DNA from: Antedon mediterranea
Lineage: Eukaryota; Animalia; Echinodermata
Reading direction: 5' to 3'
DNA: 64,000 bases
NCBI RefSeq assembly: GCF_964355755.1
Contig: NC_092676.1
Coordinates: forward strand, 1,431,788 to 1,495,787
Of this stretch, positions 1-13,300 are shown one piece after another. Numbering within the stretch: the stretch's first letter is position 1; each line of letters starts with the position of its first letter. The notes under the pieces were generated by a model that was given only the letters and a program-made list of their open reading frames with translations, made no database searches and was not told where the DNA came from. The translations under genes were made by a program, and so were the position numbers.

Positions 1-1412
1 GATTTATAAAGATTAACAAAATAAAATAATGTGTAATAACGAATGGCATAATAATGAATGCAAAAATGTATTTGGAAACTACACTTTTGAAACAGTAGCA
101 CACTTCTTGAATGAAGATGCGTCCGGAGTAAGTAAAATAGAAGTTAGAGAAAAAATGATTAACAATAGGCCTATTTACTAACTAAATTATGTACAAGAAA
201 AAATAACATTGACAAACTAATACAGGATTTAAAAAGATAACGAATGCAATAATGACCTATATAAAATTATGATTGAATAGAATACAAAAATGTACAGTAC
301 TAACTCAATAAAAAAAAATTATGAGAAAGTGTAAACATGTATAATGTATATTGCAAAGTGGGAAATAATTAATAACCCTTCTTTCTTGATATCAGACTTG
401 TCTGTCTACCTTAATAAGTATCAGAATGGACATACAAATATGTGGAATAAGAGTTTAGGAAGATGTAAGAGGAAAGATTGTCGTTTTACAGTATTTAAGA
501 TTACAAGAGACGTAATAATAAATCTGATAGACGCTTAATAAATCATCCTGGACGCCACGCCATCCTACTAAACCCAACATCCAATTACACAAGTTCCTGC
601 TTTTTGCCGAGAAAATCACGAATAAATCCACCGTCAGTATTGCAGACTGTCAACTCATTACGACGAGAGTGACCGTGACATTGGGAATATACCCGGCACC
701 AACTTTCTACGGGAAGTTATCACAAATACCAATCTTGTCAATCAGTTTTTGTCATGGCGTTATCGATGCAAACTATCTTGTCTGCATTTGTAATTTTTTA
801 AACATTTTTCTTCATCTTTTCAAAGTGCAATGACATTACGATGCCACTTGTTTGTTTGCTTGCTTTCGGGTTTTGTTTGTCGTTGGTTTTTGCAGTCCAT
901 AGATGTTTCTGTTTTTTTTTTGACGAATGCATTTACTATTATTACTAATTTGTCCATAAACAAATAATTTTTTGTAATGAAAATTCCTTTACTATTATAA
1001 ATTAATTTCTATAAATGTTGCATTTTCAAAATATCCCTTTTAAAATAAGTATTTTATTTTGCAATTTTTTTATTTTAGCAGTATACCTCTAAAAAAGTAA
1101 TGATCTTCTTTTAATTACACTTTTCCAGAAAATTTCAAAAAAGTTAATATGTTATAAATCTCAAGGGGAAAAATGTGTTCAGTGTTGCACACAAAATCTA
1201 AAAATAGCATAAAATTAGTCGGATATCATCTTGCTATGTAAAATCTGGAAGTAAAATGGAATTGACATGTTAGATTTTAGGAGTTAGTAATTAAATAGTG
1301 ACCATTCATCTGTTGTAAATTCTAACTCTCTGAGTCATCATATCCACTACAAGTTATCAAGGGTTTATTTTTTGTACCATTCAGGTTGTAAAAGCGATGT
1401 GTTGTTAACTTA

Positions 1413-1572
1413 AGCTCTGTTTACACTATCAAACTAGTTTGACAAAAAAGTGTGATGTGCTCAAATATGGTAGTGATATGATTAAATATGGTAGTGATAT
1501 GACATCATCATGTCCATATATGGACACATAACATTTTTTTGTCACATCAAGTTTGATAGTGTAGACAGAGCT
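1413..1572. mobile_element. MITE family 1 (PIF/Harbinger-like), full copy
   Basis: TIR AGCTCTGTYTACACTATCAAAC..GTTTGATAGTGTAGACAGAGCT, TTA target duplication, internal 21-bp AAATATGGTAGTGATATG(CCC) subrepeats. Confidence 0.85.
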
Positions 1573-2448
1573 TTAGTAGCATTTTTTACTTTGAAAGAAA
1601 CATTTCACATTTATAGAAATTCATTTAAATATTATTTTTTTTTTTAGATCATATTTTTTCTTCCAATATGAAAATTAAATAATCGTTACTTCTTTTATTA
1701 TTTAACTAAAAAATAGATTTTTTTGTAAATCTACTGATTGCAACCTTCACTTAGCTAATGACAATATCCCGTGACTACATTGCCGCAGAATGCATTACTT
1801 CCAATTTTACATATAGTTTACTGGTTGTATAAAATAGTTTACATATTAATTTATAGAAATACTGATAGCTCTACATCAATTATGAAATGGTATATCAATA
1901 GGACTTTGCACAACAATGCCCTGATATTTTTTCAACTTCTTTTGAAGAACTTTACACTAGTGATTGTAATCCACATGTTGTTCAGCATCAAAACAAACAA
2001 GCCTGTAGTCGGGATTCTTACAGGAAAGTTCTTATTTTCCTCAAATGGCACTTATTTCCACAAACTAGCGGACAAAATCATCATAAGCTAGGCTTAGTCA
2101 GTCTCCTCCAAACCCAAACTCCAAAAAAGTTTTAAATTTATTCAAATATTTTAAATGTTTTTGTTGTTACAGGACAATAGTGATGGACTTAGTTTCTCTG
2201 TCGCCCAAAAATGACTTTTTATTTGTTTTGTCTATGTACATATGTTAATGTTTGATTTCGGTCTAAGTAAATGTTCAATTGAATGAGATTATAGCATTTA
2301 GAACAATATTATTTGGAAATGATATGCACTTTATATTTAGATTATTTTATGAACAATTGAGTGCTGAATAAAAGCTAGGAAGGAAACGAACGACAAATCA
2401 ATCAAAGTGCATACTACATACGTCAAAGAAATAGTTGCTCACACATAA

Positions 2449-2616
2449 AGCTCTGTCTACACTATCAAATTTTATGTGACAACAAAATGTGATGTGTCCA
2501 TATATGGATACGATGATGTCATATCACTACCATATTTGGGCATATCACTACCATATTTGGGCATATCACTACCATATTTGGGCACATTACACTAGCTTGA
2601 TAGTGTAGACAGAGCT
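2449..2616. mobile_element. MITE family 1, full copy
   Basis: Same TIRs; TAA target duplication; three internal subrepeats. Confidence 0.85.
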
Positions 2617-3382
2617 TAACATAATAAAGCTGAACACAGGAAACATATCCTCAGCGAAATCTGGACTAGAGAAGTCACAAACTTTGAAGCGGGTACATTT
2701 CATGGATATTGATAATGTACGCGGGAAACGATCTCTGACAAGTACAGTTCATGTTCTAATATAAACCACATGTTTACGGTTGTCCTTATGAAATCCAATT
2801 GCTTAGTATGCTATCTGTGTACCTTGCTAAAAAGCATCTTCATTGAAATAAGCAATGAATTTTAAAACACATTTTATTCAGATATTCTTTTAATGTATGA
2901 TTGAATGTAAATGTTAATGTGCCTACAGTGTGCTTCTGTAATGACATTTTCAGATAGAAATGATTAGCTTTTCTTAATATACAACATATTATTATTACGA
3001 TTATTCTATTATATTTTATAGTTTATGTACAGCGCTTAGAGGTTTCACAATATTAAGCGCTATAACTCCAGGATATTATTATTATTATTACTGTACAATG
3101 TTTACAAATTTAAATTTTTTTTAAAAATTAATTTTCAATTTAAACTATAAATTTTTATAATAATCTGAATTTTATGAGTTTTATACTATTTTTACTTTCT
3201 TATTTTAGTGTTTTGTATTTGTTTGTCTTGTTTTGCCTTACATATGTTTGGTCCTCCAAGCTGAGACCTGAAATGTTCGTTACATTCTTGTGTGTTTTAT
3301 TTGAAACAAAAGATGATTTTACACATATTCTACTCTCTAAGATTTCTCAATGCAATAATGAGTGTACCTTAATACCTTTCAG

Positions 3383-6300
3383 GTATATTAACAATGGCGT
3401 ATATAGATCTGGGTTTGCTACGACACAAGAGGCATATGACACAGCAGTGAGGGCTCTGTTTGTGCATCTTGACAAGGTAATAGCAAACGTGAAATGTGTA
3501 CAATCAAGTGATTGTGATAATCATTTGTGAATAAAATCAAATCACATATTTGATGACTTTGATGTTAAAGCCACTGAATCATTTTAACTATTTCAAAAAT
3601 AGTGAGTGAACTTCCCGACACATATCATTTTAGTTTATCATTTTCAGGTTGAAGAGATTCTTAGTCGCAAGAGATACCTGACAGGCAACACCCTAACTGA
3701 AGCAGACATTAGACTCTTTACAACTCTTGTGCGCTTTGACACCGTTTATGTTGGCCATTTTAAGGTATCACACACATTACATTACATATTTGACACCGTT
3801 TATGTTGGCCATTTTAAGGTATCACACACATTACATTACATATTTGACACCGTTTATGTTGACCATTTTAAGATATCACACACATTACATTACATATTTG
3901 ACACCGTTTATGTTGGCCATTTTAAGGTATCACACACATTACATTACATATTTGACACCGTTTATGTTGGCCATTTTAAGGTATCACACACATTACATTA
4001 CATATTTGACACCGTTTATTTCCACCATTTTAAGATATCATTCACAATATATATTTTATGCATTTCATACATCTTTTCAACATTTTTTTCCGATTTTTAA
4101 GAAATAAAATCACCCTTTAATGTAGACAAAACATTTTTTGGATGAAATAAAAACTCCTTTTTTTTATCTTTTTTTTTTACATATATTACCTCTGGATAGA
4201 TTCATGATTTATGTCTGTTAGCTCTATGTCAATAGTTTTGTAAATTAACTGACTTTATTTTTATAGTGCAACAAGAAACGTATAATGGATTATCCAAATA
4301 TTTGGGGATATGTACGAGATATCTACCAGATGGATGGAATAGCAGAAACCGTTGATCAAGAGCATATTCAAAAACATTACCAGGTTTGTAAACATTACAT
4401 GTTTCAGAGGCTCCTAGACTGTGTGCGTTGTGAGGACCCTCTGAGTGAAATATTGAATAAAAAAAATGTAACAAACGTTCCAGTGTGGCAGGTATTTTGG
4501 ATGCCAGGGTGTGGTCATATGTGGATAAAGCCAATTCAAAGAATGAAGAAAAAAAGATTTGGATTCTTATTTGGCTTTGTAGCAGTCCCAGTGTGGTTGG
4601 ACCCAAAACAAATATTTTTATTTAATTCTCACAACATGCTTCCAAAGTTTATTTTTTCGATTCTGTGAAGTTCAGGGCATAGAAACCCTACTGTAGACCT
4701 CTGAGTAATCAATCAATCAATCAATCAATCAATATTGATATGCCACTATTATCCCTCAATACGTAATAATTTAATCTTTTCCTATTTTTTTTTCAAATCC
4801 CTGGCCACAGGCCTGCATTTCCGGGTAAACAGAGACCTATTGTCATAATGTAATTGGCCAAAACCCATTTACTTCGGCCATCTGTGTTTGCGCGTCACTT
4901 CCAATGCCAAGAACTGTCCCACAAACTATTTGATTCGACCTCGCGATCTCATCAGAATAGTGTGGCTCATCTTCAATGAAATGTAAGGCTCAATGGTCAT
5001 GTATTCAGTTAGTTGATCACTCTTTGCTGTCCACTTGGCACAGGACTACCATAAACACACATTTTTTGGCCTTAAGCTCTGTTTACACTATCAAACTTTA
5101 AGTGACCAAAAAATGTGATGTGCCCATGATGTCATATGACTACCATGTTTGGGCATATCACTACCATATTTGGGCATATCACTACCATATTTGGGGATAT
5201 CACTACCATATTTGGGCACATAACATTTGACATAAAGTTTCATAGTGTGGAGAGCTTAAGGGACTTTGTCAACATTATTCTACTGGACAGTTACTGCAGT
5301 ACGTTTTTCATGCTGCTGCTCTAGCCTGCTACGTTACTGCAGTACGTTTTTCACGCTGCTGCTCTAGCCTGCTACGTTACTGCAGTACGTTTTTCACGCT
5401 GCTGCTCTAGCCTGCTACGTTACTGCAGTAGGTTTTTCACGCTGCTGCTCTAGCCTGCTACGTTACTGCAGTAGGTTTTTCATGCTGCTGCTCTAGCCCG
5501 CTACGTTACTGCAGTACGTTTTTCACGCTGCTGCTCTAGCCCGCTACGTTACTGCAGTACGTTTTTCACGCTGCTGCTCTAGCCCGCTACGTTACTGCAG
5601 TACGTTTTTCACGCTGCTGCTCTAGCCCGCTACGTCCCATTACGACTACTCAATCAGAAGCTAAAGCAAGCAGCAGTTATAGTTCTAAGGACAGACAGTT
5701 TTGTGAAAATGGAAACTCCACTATAATTTATTGATTCCAGCTGCTACAGTAGACCCAAAAAACGTCTGGGAAAGAGTCTATTAGGACATGTCATGCTAAA
5801 ATTACAAATTCCTAAGCATTTCTGGTATATTCACTGTCAGATATTCATTGAATTATTATCGAAACAGTCCATTAAAGTTTGTGTTTGTAATAGGATACTT
5901 CACAATTGAAATATCTAGGGTGATGAAGTGACCCCCAGATTTGACCTTAGCAATAAAATTAACTAAAGTGACAGAAATTGAGTATTCACTTCTATAACAA
6001 AAAAATAATATTTATTCACATATAAAATAAGAAAAGAAACCCCAAAACCATTGTCTGACAGACAATTTAAGTATTTGTTGCTTTAAATTACATTTTTTTT
6101 CAGGTAAAATAACTATTATGTGACAATAAAATGACACATTCAAAAACATATGAAATAAAAAATATTTTTCAATAAGCGAGCAGCGTTTTTTGTAAGAAAT
6201 ATTTCTTGTTTAACCTGTTTATGCAATTATTTAGCAAACTTGTTATTTTTGTAATCACACACATTGTTTATTACAGGGACTGCTTAACTTAACTTAAATC

Positions 6301-8329
6301 ATACATTGCATTACTGCAGTTACTGCAGTAAAATAAGTTTTGACAGGATCCATCATTGCAAATTTGATCTAGAGAATGTAATATTTGAAACATGTTTGGT
6401 TATAAAGACTTTATAAAATTCATTTTAACTATTAATTAAATTCCCCTAGCCAAAAAAGGTAATATATAATATAAATTCAGATGATATTCAACAACTTGTG
6501 TTTCACTTTTAGTCTAAAAAACTTTAAATGTCACATAAAATAATTCATTTTTAAACATTCCTAACATATCATATTAATCATACTATTTATTGTGAATGAT
6601 TATTTATAGAGGCTAGAATATTAAATATGAATACTTTTTCCTATATGAATTTGACAATTGGGTTTACATATGGGGACTTGTTGACCATGGAATTGTAGTC
6701 TATTATTAGCTTATAATTAAACATTGTGGGTCAGGGATAAAGGAAGATATAGTCCCTTGGGTTTAGTAGGAACAGGAGACAGCTACAACCCACTGTCCCC
6801 ATGTTTGTGTAGATGACAGGGAGCCACTGACAACTCACTCATGTCTACAAATGTCACACACAGGTCAATATGTGTTACTCCCCAGTAGAAACTGCTCTTC
6901 AATGTCTACAATGTTAAAGCTCTGTGTACACTATCATACTAGTTTGACAAAAAAGTGTGATGTGCCTAAAAATGGTAGTGGTATGCTTAAATATGGTAGT
7001 GATATGACATCATTTCCATATATGTGCACATCACATGTCTCATAAAGTTTGATAGTGCAGACTGAGCTTTACAGATAGTTTTATTCATTTACTTCGGATT
7101 CAGTTAGCTCTTTTTTATTAACAATTAAAGTAAAATTATTAACTACCTTTTCAAGACTTTTTATTTTACCCAATGTTATGAAAGTATGTAAAGCGCCGCT
7201 GTTTATGAACTTTTCATAGAAATGTATGCTATATAAAATCTGTTTACATTTCAGTGCTGCCATTTGAATCCTCCCAGTTACTTTCCGCCTTTACTCCACA
7301 GTCACATCCCCCCACCCCTAAGCAATTACTTTATCTCAGTGTGTACAAAGGTCACGTAACAGATAGTTAAATACATTCTACCATCAGACAACACCACTAC
7401 AATGATCATGGCACATAGCTTGTGAGATGACCCGCAATTACTAATTATTTTATTGATTAGGTCATCAAAAATGGGCGACTACCTGCTGCCCCTTGTCAGT
7501 TGCGATTTGGCTGCAGGGAAGGGGATGTTAGCCAATGTGCAAGTTTTTAAATACTTCCCTGTTACCAATTAGCATCATTAATCAGGTTTACAGAATCAAG
7601 GTTGTTATCAGTTTGATTATAATTTGACAGCCTGTTCATGAGTAGTAAAGTTAATATGCAAATTATTCAGCAGCAAATTGGACTCTGTTGGGCTGCATGT
7701 CACCAAAGGCGTTACAAAACCATTTTCACACTGATCCGGCCGTCTCTTTTCGGTCCAATGGACACAGAAAACTCCGGCTTACATTTTTCGATCACACACA
7801 TAGTTTGAATCAGATACGAGTTAATATTAAAGGTTATATTCTTAGGCTCTGTCTACACTATCAAACTAGTTTGACAAAAATGAGTGATGTGCTCAAATAT
7901 ATAGTTGTGATATACCAAAATATGGTAGTGATTTATTTTTGTTTAATCTGTTGACTGAAAGAGGTTAACAAACCAATTCAGTTCAGTTCAAAAAAGTGTA
8001 ATATATAGGTGTATAAATTATTTAAATGAAACCCAAATATGGTAGTAATCTGACACCTTCATGTCCATATATGGACACATCACATTTTTTTTGTCACATA
8101 AAGTTTGATAGTGTAAACAGAACTTTAAACACTTTTAAAAAATGTTCACAGAATCCAGGCTCAGTGTGAGCATGGATTTTAAATTAATACACCGTAAATC
8201 TAAGAAGAATTTTAAAATACATCTGTTGTTTTATAGGCAAGCCATCTGAAAATAAACCCGCTAGGCATTGTTGCTATTGGCCCTGATGTGGACTTCAACT
8301 CTCCTCATGACAGAAAAGATAGGACTTAG
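3383..8329 (+). CDS. Glutathionyl-hydroquinone reductase (Xi-class GST, YqjG/ECM4-like), paralog A; last four exons only
   Basis: Exons 3383-3476 ([19 protein letters not shown]..), 3648-3764 (..[30 protein letters not shown]), 4267-4383 ([28 protein letters not shown]) and 8237-8329 ([16 protein letters not shown]). All are GT-AG and in phase. The 5' exons were not found in 1-3382 and presumably lie upstream of the window. Confidence 0.92.
3735..4040 (+). repeat. 54-bp tandem repeat (~5.6 copies) spanning an exon 3' end and its splice donor
   Basis: Unit TTTGACACCGTTTATGTTGGCCATTTTAAG|GTATCACACACATTACATTACATA starts at 3735, 3789, 3843, 3897, 3951 and 4005. Confidence 0.95.
4707..4732. repeat. 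(AATC)n microsatellite
   Basis: Seen directly. Confidence 0.9.
5075..5256. mobile_element. MITE family 1, full copy
   Basis: Same TIRs; flanks TTA/TAA; four internal subrepeats, which explain the spurious ORF 5136-5324. Confidence 0.85.
5290..5634. repeat. 43-bp minisatellite, ~8 copies
   Basis: Unit GTTACTGCAGTACGTTTTTCACGCTGCTGCTCTAGCCYGCTAC. Confidence 0.95.
6918..7068. mobile_element. MITE family 1, full copy
   Basis: Same TIRs; flanks TAA/TTA. Confidence 0.8.
7845..8124. mobile_element. MITE family 1 copy with ~95-bp internal insertion
   Basis: TIRs present, TTA/TTA flanks, unrelated sequence at ~7935-8030. Confidence 0.75.
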
Positions 8330-8477
8330 ATGGCAATTGGAATCTCTGAAATCAAACAAGAATTGAATGATGAATCTATTTATGATTGATAATTAATTGA
8401 AATTGGAAAAAAGGTTAATTATTTGTATAGTGATGGTCATTTTAAGTTTGTTTTAGTATTCATTTTATAAAATGTTA

Positions 8478-8733
8478 GTGTGTGTGTGGATATAGCTACA
8501 TGGTGTGTGGGGTAAAAGATAATAATAGGTGTATATAGTACAGTAGTGTGTATATAGCTACATGGTGTGTATGTGGATATAGCTACATGGTGTGTGTGTG
8601 GATATAGCTACATGGTGTGTGTGTGGATATAGCTACATGATGTGTGTGTGGATATAGCTACATGGTGTGTGTGTGGATATAGCTACATGGTGTGTGGGGT
8701 AAAAGATAATAATAGGTGTATATAGTACAGTAG
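8478..8733. repeat. ~23-bp tandem repeat plus a duplicated flank, downstream of paralog A
   Basis: TGTGGATATAGCTACATGGTGTG units; GGGGTAAAAGATAATAATAGGTGTATATAGTACAGTAG occurs twice. Confidence 0.9.
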
Positions 8734-8851
8734 GTACAAAGTGGCAACAACATTAGAAATAACATTCAAAATAATTATATTTATTTAAGGTAATGATGAG
8801 AAATTTTCAATTTTTAGAATATTTTTACTATTAATAGATCCAAAGGCAAAT

Positions 8852-9446
8852 TACTGAAAAAATGACAATTCTGTGGGTATCAGTTGCTGGATCTCAATGG
8901 AGATACCAAATAAAATAAGCACTGACAAAATGACAATTCTGTGGGTATCAGTGACTGGATCTCAATGGAGATACCAAATAAAATAAGCACTGACAAAATG
9001 ACAATTCTGTGGGTATCAGTGGCTGGATCTCAATGGAGATACAAAATAAATAAGCACTGAAAAAATGACCATGCTGTTGGTATCAGTGGCTGGATCTCAA
9101 TGGAGATACAAAATAAAATAAGCACTGAAAAAATGAAAATGCTGTGGGTATCAGTGGCTGGATCTCAATGGAGATACCAAATAAAATAAGCACTGACAAA
9201 ATGACAATTCTGTGGGTATCAGTGACTGGATCTCAATGGAGATACAAAATAAATAAGCACTGAAAAAATGACCATGCTGTTGGTATCAGTGGCTGGATCT
9301 CAATGGAGATACAAAATAAATAAGCACTGAAAAAATGACCATGCTGTTGGTATCAGTGGCTGGATCTCAATGGAGATACAAAATAAAATAAGCACTGGGA
9401 AAATGACAATTCTGTGGGTATCAGTGACTGGATCTCAATGGAGATA
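8852..9446. repeat. ~68-bp minisatellite, ~9 copies
   Basis: ACTGAMAAAATGACAATTCTGTGGGTATCAGTGGCTGGATCTCAATGGAGATACMAAATAAAATAAGC. Confidence 0.95.
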
Positions 9447-12119
9447 AAAAAAATTCACAAAGAAAGGTTGAGTAAGAGACTGTACTTAACCATTACTACA
9501 GTATGAAATTTTATAAATTTGAAATATTTAATATAATAATGTACATATCATATGCATAAAATCGAATGAAAACTTGTTAAATATTTGGGCGACAAAGTTA
9601 CTGACACAGTAACCGAAATTAACTTATTCTGGAGACGTATTTCCGCATTTAAAAATACATTTGTCATAAGTATTTTTAATCAGAGTAAAATTGTTCTTAT
9701 ATTGTTAATGAATGATTTCCAAATTATATTTAAATATGAACATTGGAAGGTTTTACCGGATACAAACTTATTCATTGGCCTTGTGTCCAGTGTTCTTGTT
9801 TGAAACAACAGGTGGTCGTTTCGAGTATGTAAATTTGATACTCACGAAAAGTAATGGAAATTAACATATCATGGTGCTTTTATGATAATCAAATATTTTT
9901 AATTGTATAATGATGGTCACCTTGACAACGCCTATGTCCGTATCAGTGTGTGATGCCGACTGTTCGTCGTAACAAAAAAAGGTTAAACTTAAAAGCTGGT
10001 ACTGTACGTGTTACTGTTCGTCGTAACGCTACGTGGTACTTCAACTTTTAAGTTAAAGATAGGAGTATCCGATATTTACCCTATACACTGGTGTATCTGA
10101 TATTTACCGTCCGTAATTGTATATTTCCAACATAAATGTCGGAGTTATAATAGTATTAGTTGTCGGTTATTGGATTATGACGTCATCAAATACGTCTAAA
10201 ATGTGACGTCCGTATTTTCCACAACTTTATTAATATCTTCCTCTGTTTCTTCGGAATTTAATATCGGAAGAGTAAACACAGACAGGACCTTGCGATGTAC
10301 ACCATGAATTCACTTCAATAACATTTAAAGTTCAAAACACTGTTTTAGTTCCGTTTAGAGGAACTTTAATCTGTTTACGCTGTTAGCGGGGTTTAGCGAT
10401 GTACAAGAGATAAACCACACATTCGTTTGATGCGTATGAATGAATTGTGAAGAGTTAATCGAGGAGAATTGACAGACACGTGCATGAAGGGTGACATATC
10501 GTACACACATCAGGCAAATAACTTGCTCACATCAGGATGAGAAGGGGAGGAGAACGACGCCAGTGATGTTCATGACAAAACATCCCGATGATATTTTTGA
10601 GAAAAATTAAATTGTCTAGGCCTATAACAACATCTTTCTGCTACCGATGCCGTTATTGTGTTGGGGATTGTTGAACTGTTGACATAAAGCATTGACAGCA
10701 GTCAACTTATAAATGGTCCTCCAGCAAAATTTATTTTGGCTTTTTAAAATAATATGGCCTATCATTTTGAATATTCATTAAAAACAAAATATAAACACAA
10801 ACGTAGATAGATCCATTCATTTATTTGCCCGAGAAAATGTGTTTCATTGGCCATTTAGGCTATCTCTAACTTTGTTGAGTAGAGCTGGCCACCCTTACCA
10901 GGGTGAATATGCCTGAAATGGCCCCATACTAATGCTCGGACGATCGAAAACTTTTTGGAAAAAGAAAGAAAAAGGCATATATGGCGGAAGGCAGAAACCT
11001 TTTGCGCATTTTATCATCATATTTTATGATCTTTTGTGATTTGTGATCTTTTTTTAGTTCATTCAAAAATGTTTTTTTTAATTAGCCACCTAAATTTGTT
11101 CTTATCTTCTTTTCTTGTATAAAGAAAGTTAGAAAAAAAATCGAACTGTTGTATTTATCAAATTCTAATAATTGATGAACAACAGGTTTCTGTGAAATGG
11201 TGATTCCCACGTCACTTATTAAGTAATAAATGAACATATTTATTATGTCAAACAGTTTACTCATCAATTTATATCATTATTGTATGCTAAATTATAAGAC
11301 ATTTCTCAAGGTGTTCGAATACTTTCACTTCTTTATCGTCGATACAAAACTCAGGCCTAATCAGTTGAGATAATGCATGCAGGAGGAAGCGGCAGGAAGC
11401 CCGGGATAAAACGAGGAAACCAGGTGATGTGTGATGAGAGACATCATAATGAAGAGGAAATAACTAGGGCTAGGGGATCGCAAGAAAACATGAAAACAGA
11501 CAACAGATGATGAGCTGAGTTACGAAAGAAAAACTGCAACAGGAAAGGAATGAAAGCCCCGAGGTACGACGGGGTGTTAATATACGGTTGTTTACATAGA
11601 CCTAAGATGATGTTATCATTTTGATGTGCCTGTTACTTGTTAGCAATTTCTTCTTTGATGTTTTCATGAGTTTTAGCGTTATTCAGACCCTGGAAATAAC
11701 GGTTGTTGTATTCTTCACAAAATTAACATTTATTTGGATACGAGTTTAAAAGATATCGAAGCATAATAAACTTTTACAACTCTTACGGTACTGCACTAGG
11801 AAAGGTTCTCCAATTAATGTCAGATGTTAATGTCAACTCAGAAAATAAGTTTGCAGAAGTCTACACTAGTAAACCTGAGCAAAATCCAAATTTGTCAAGA
11901 AAGGTTTTCCAACGTTTGTTCTGTAAGTTCCAGTCGAAGTTTGCAAACTTCGGTAAACTACAGAAAATAAGTTTGCAGAGCACTAGTAAACTTTAGTTTG
12001 ATTTGATTTGACTTCATCACTGTAGGCCTAAACCGGGGCCTAAACAGAGATAGTTTTTTTTTAACCAAGCACAGCGAAAATTCGAGTAAAGTTTATTTAT
12101 AGTAACATTACTGTGTTTT

Positions 12120-12216
12120 GTTGCGTGGTTATATTTGAAATAAAGTTGCGTGGTTATATTTGAAATAAAGTTGCGTGGTTATATTTGAAATAAAGTTGCG
12201 TGGTTATATTTGAAAT
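12120..12216. repeat. 25-bp tandem repeat, ~4 copies
   Basis: GTTGCGTGGTTATATTTGAAATAAA. Confidence 0.9.
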
Positions 12217-12656
12217 AGTACTTTAGGCCCCTACTGTGTATTATTGTTCATTAGGCCTACATGTTCAACCAACAAGCTAACATCTGCATATGACAAAAAA
12301 AAAACCATTTTGATTTTAAACCACAAAAAAAAACTTGTTAAAAAGCCGGCATGAGAGTATTTCGCAATGTCTTTATTTAGGTTTACTGTTTCCTCTTCTA
12401 AAGTAGTATTTAAGAGCTTGTAAATTACATTTGTACGCTCAATTACATCTCGGTGGCAAATTGATTATGTCTTCCATTGTGTTTCAATTAAAAACTCGGA
12501 AGTTTTAATGCAAACTTCAACAACAATATTTCTTCACAAACTGAGTAAGGATCTTCTTACTATATACCGGTATATTGAATTATTCCAAGACAGGGAAGAT
12601 TTTAGCGACATATTCAACGCGTATGCGCACTTTACTACGGAGTGCGATATCATTTT

Positions 12657-13300
12657 ATGTTTGTCGCGACACAACAGGCGGTGCTTTTTAGTCTCGCGAA
12701 CATTTCAACTCTATGCGCTTTTTACTATAATTATGGTGCCGTAGATGTTTGTCGCGACACAACACGCGGCGCTTTTTAGTCTCGCGAACATTTCAACTCT
12801 ATGCGCTTTTTACTATGGTGCCGTAGATGTTTGTCGCGACACAACACGCGGCGCTTTTTAGTCTATCGCGAACATTTCAACTCTATGCGCTTTTTACTAC
12901 GGTGCCAATTAGATGTTTGTCGAGAGACAACAGGCGGCGCTTTTTAGTCTCTCGCGAACATTTCAACTCCATGTGCTTTTTACTACGGTGCCAATTAGAT
13001 GTTTGTCGCGACACAACACGCGGCGCTTTTTAGTCTATCGCGAACATTTCAACTCCATGCGCTTTTTACTACGGTGCCAATTAGATGTTTGTCGCGACAC
13101 AACACGCGGCGCTTTTTAGTCTCTCGCGAACATTTCAACTCTATGCGCTTTTTACTACGGTGCCAATTAGATGTTTGTCGCGACACAACAGGCGGCGCTT
13201 TTTAGTCTCTCGCGAACATTTCAACTCAATGCGGCCGGTTGTTATTTTTACTACAGTACCATAGATGTTTGTCGCAACACAACACGCGGCGCTTTTTAGT
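12657..13300. repeat. ~86-bp CpG-rich minisatellite, ~7.5 copies
   Basis: GATGTTTGTCGCGACACAACACGCGGCGCTTTTTAGTCTCTCGCGAACATTTCAACTCTATGCGCTTTTTACTACGGTGCCAATTA. Confidence 0.95.

Noticed and set aside
1-540. Possible decayed LINE ORF2 C-terminus (..ETVAHFLNE..YIAKWEII) or a missing exon of paralog A
   Set aside because: No similarity to exons 1-4 of paralog B; the LINE resemblance is too weak and broken to call.
9983-10058. ~75-nt imperfect hairpin as a pre-miRNA
   Set aside because: Bulged AT-rich stem in a MITE-rich genome; more likely a decayed foldback element.
12508-13205. Overlapping ORFs in the 86-bp repeat
   Set aside because: Unit length is not a multiple of 3; repeat artefacts.
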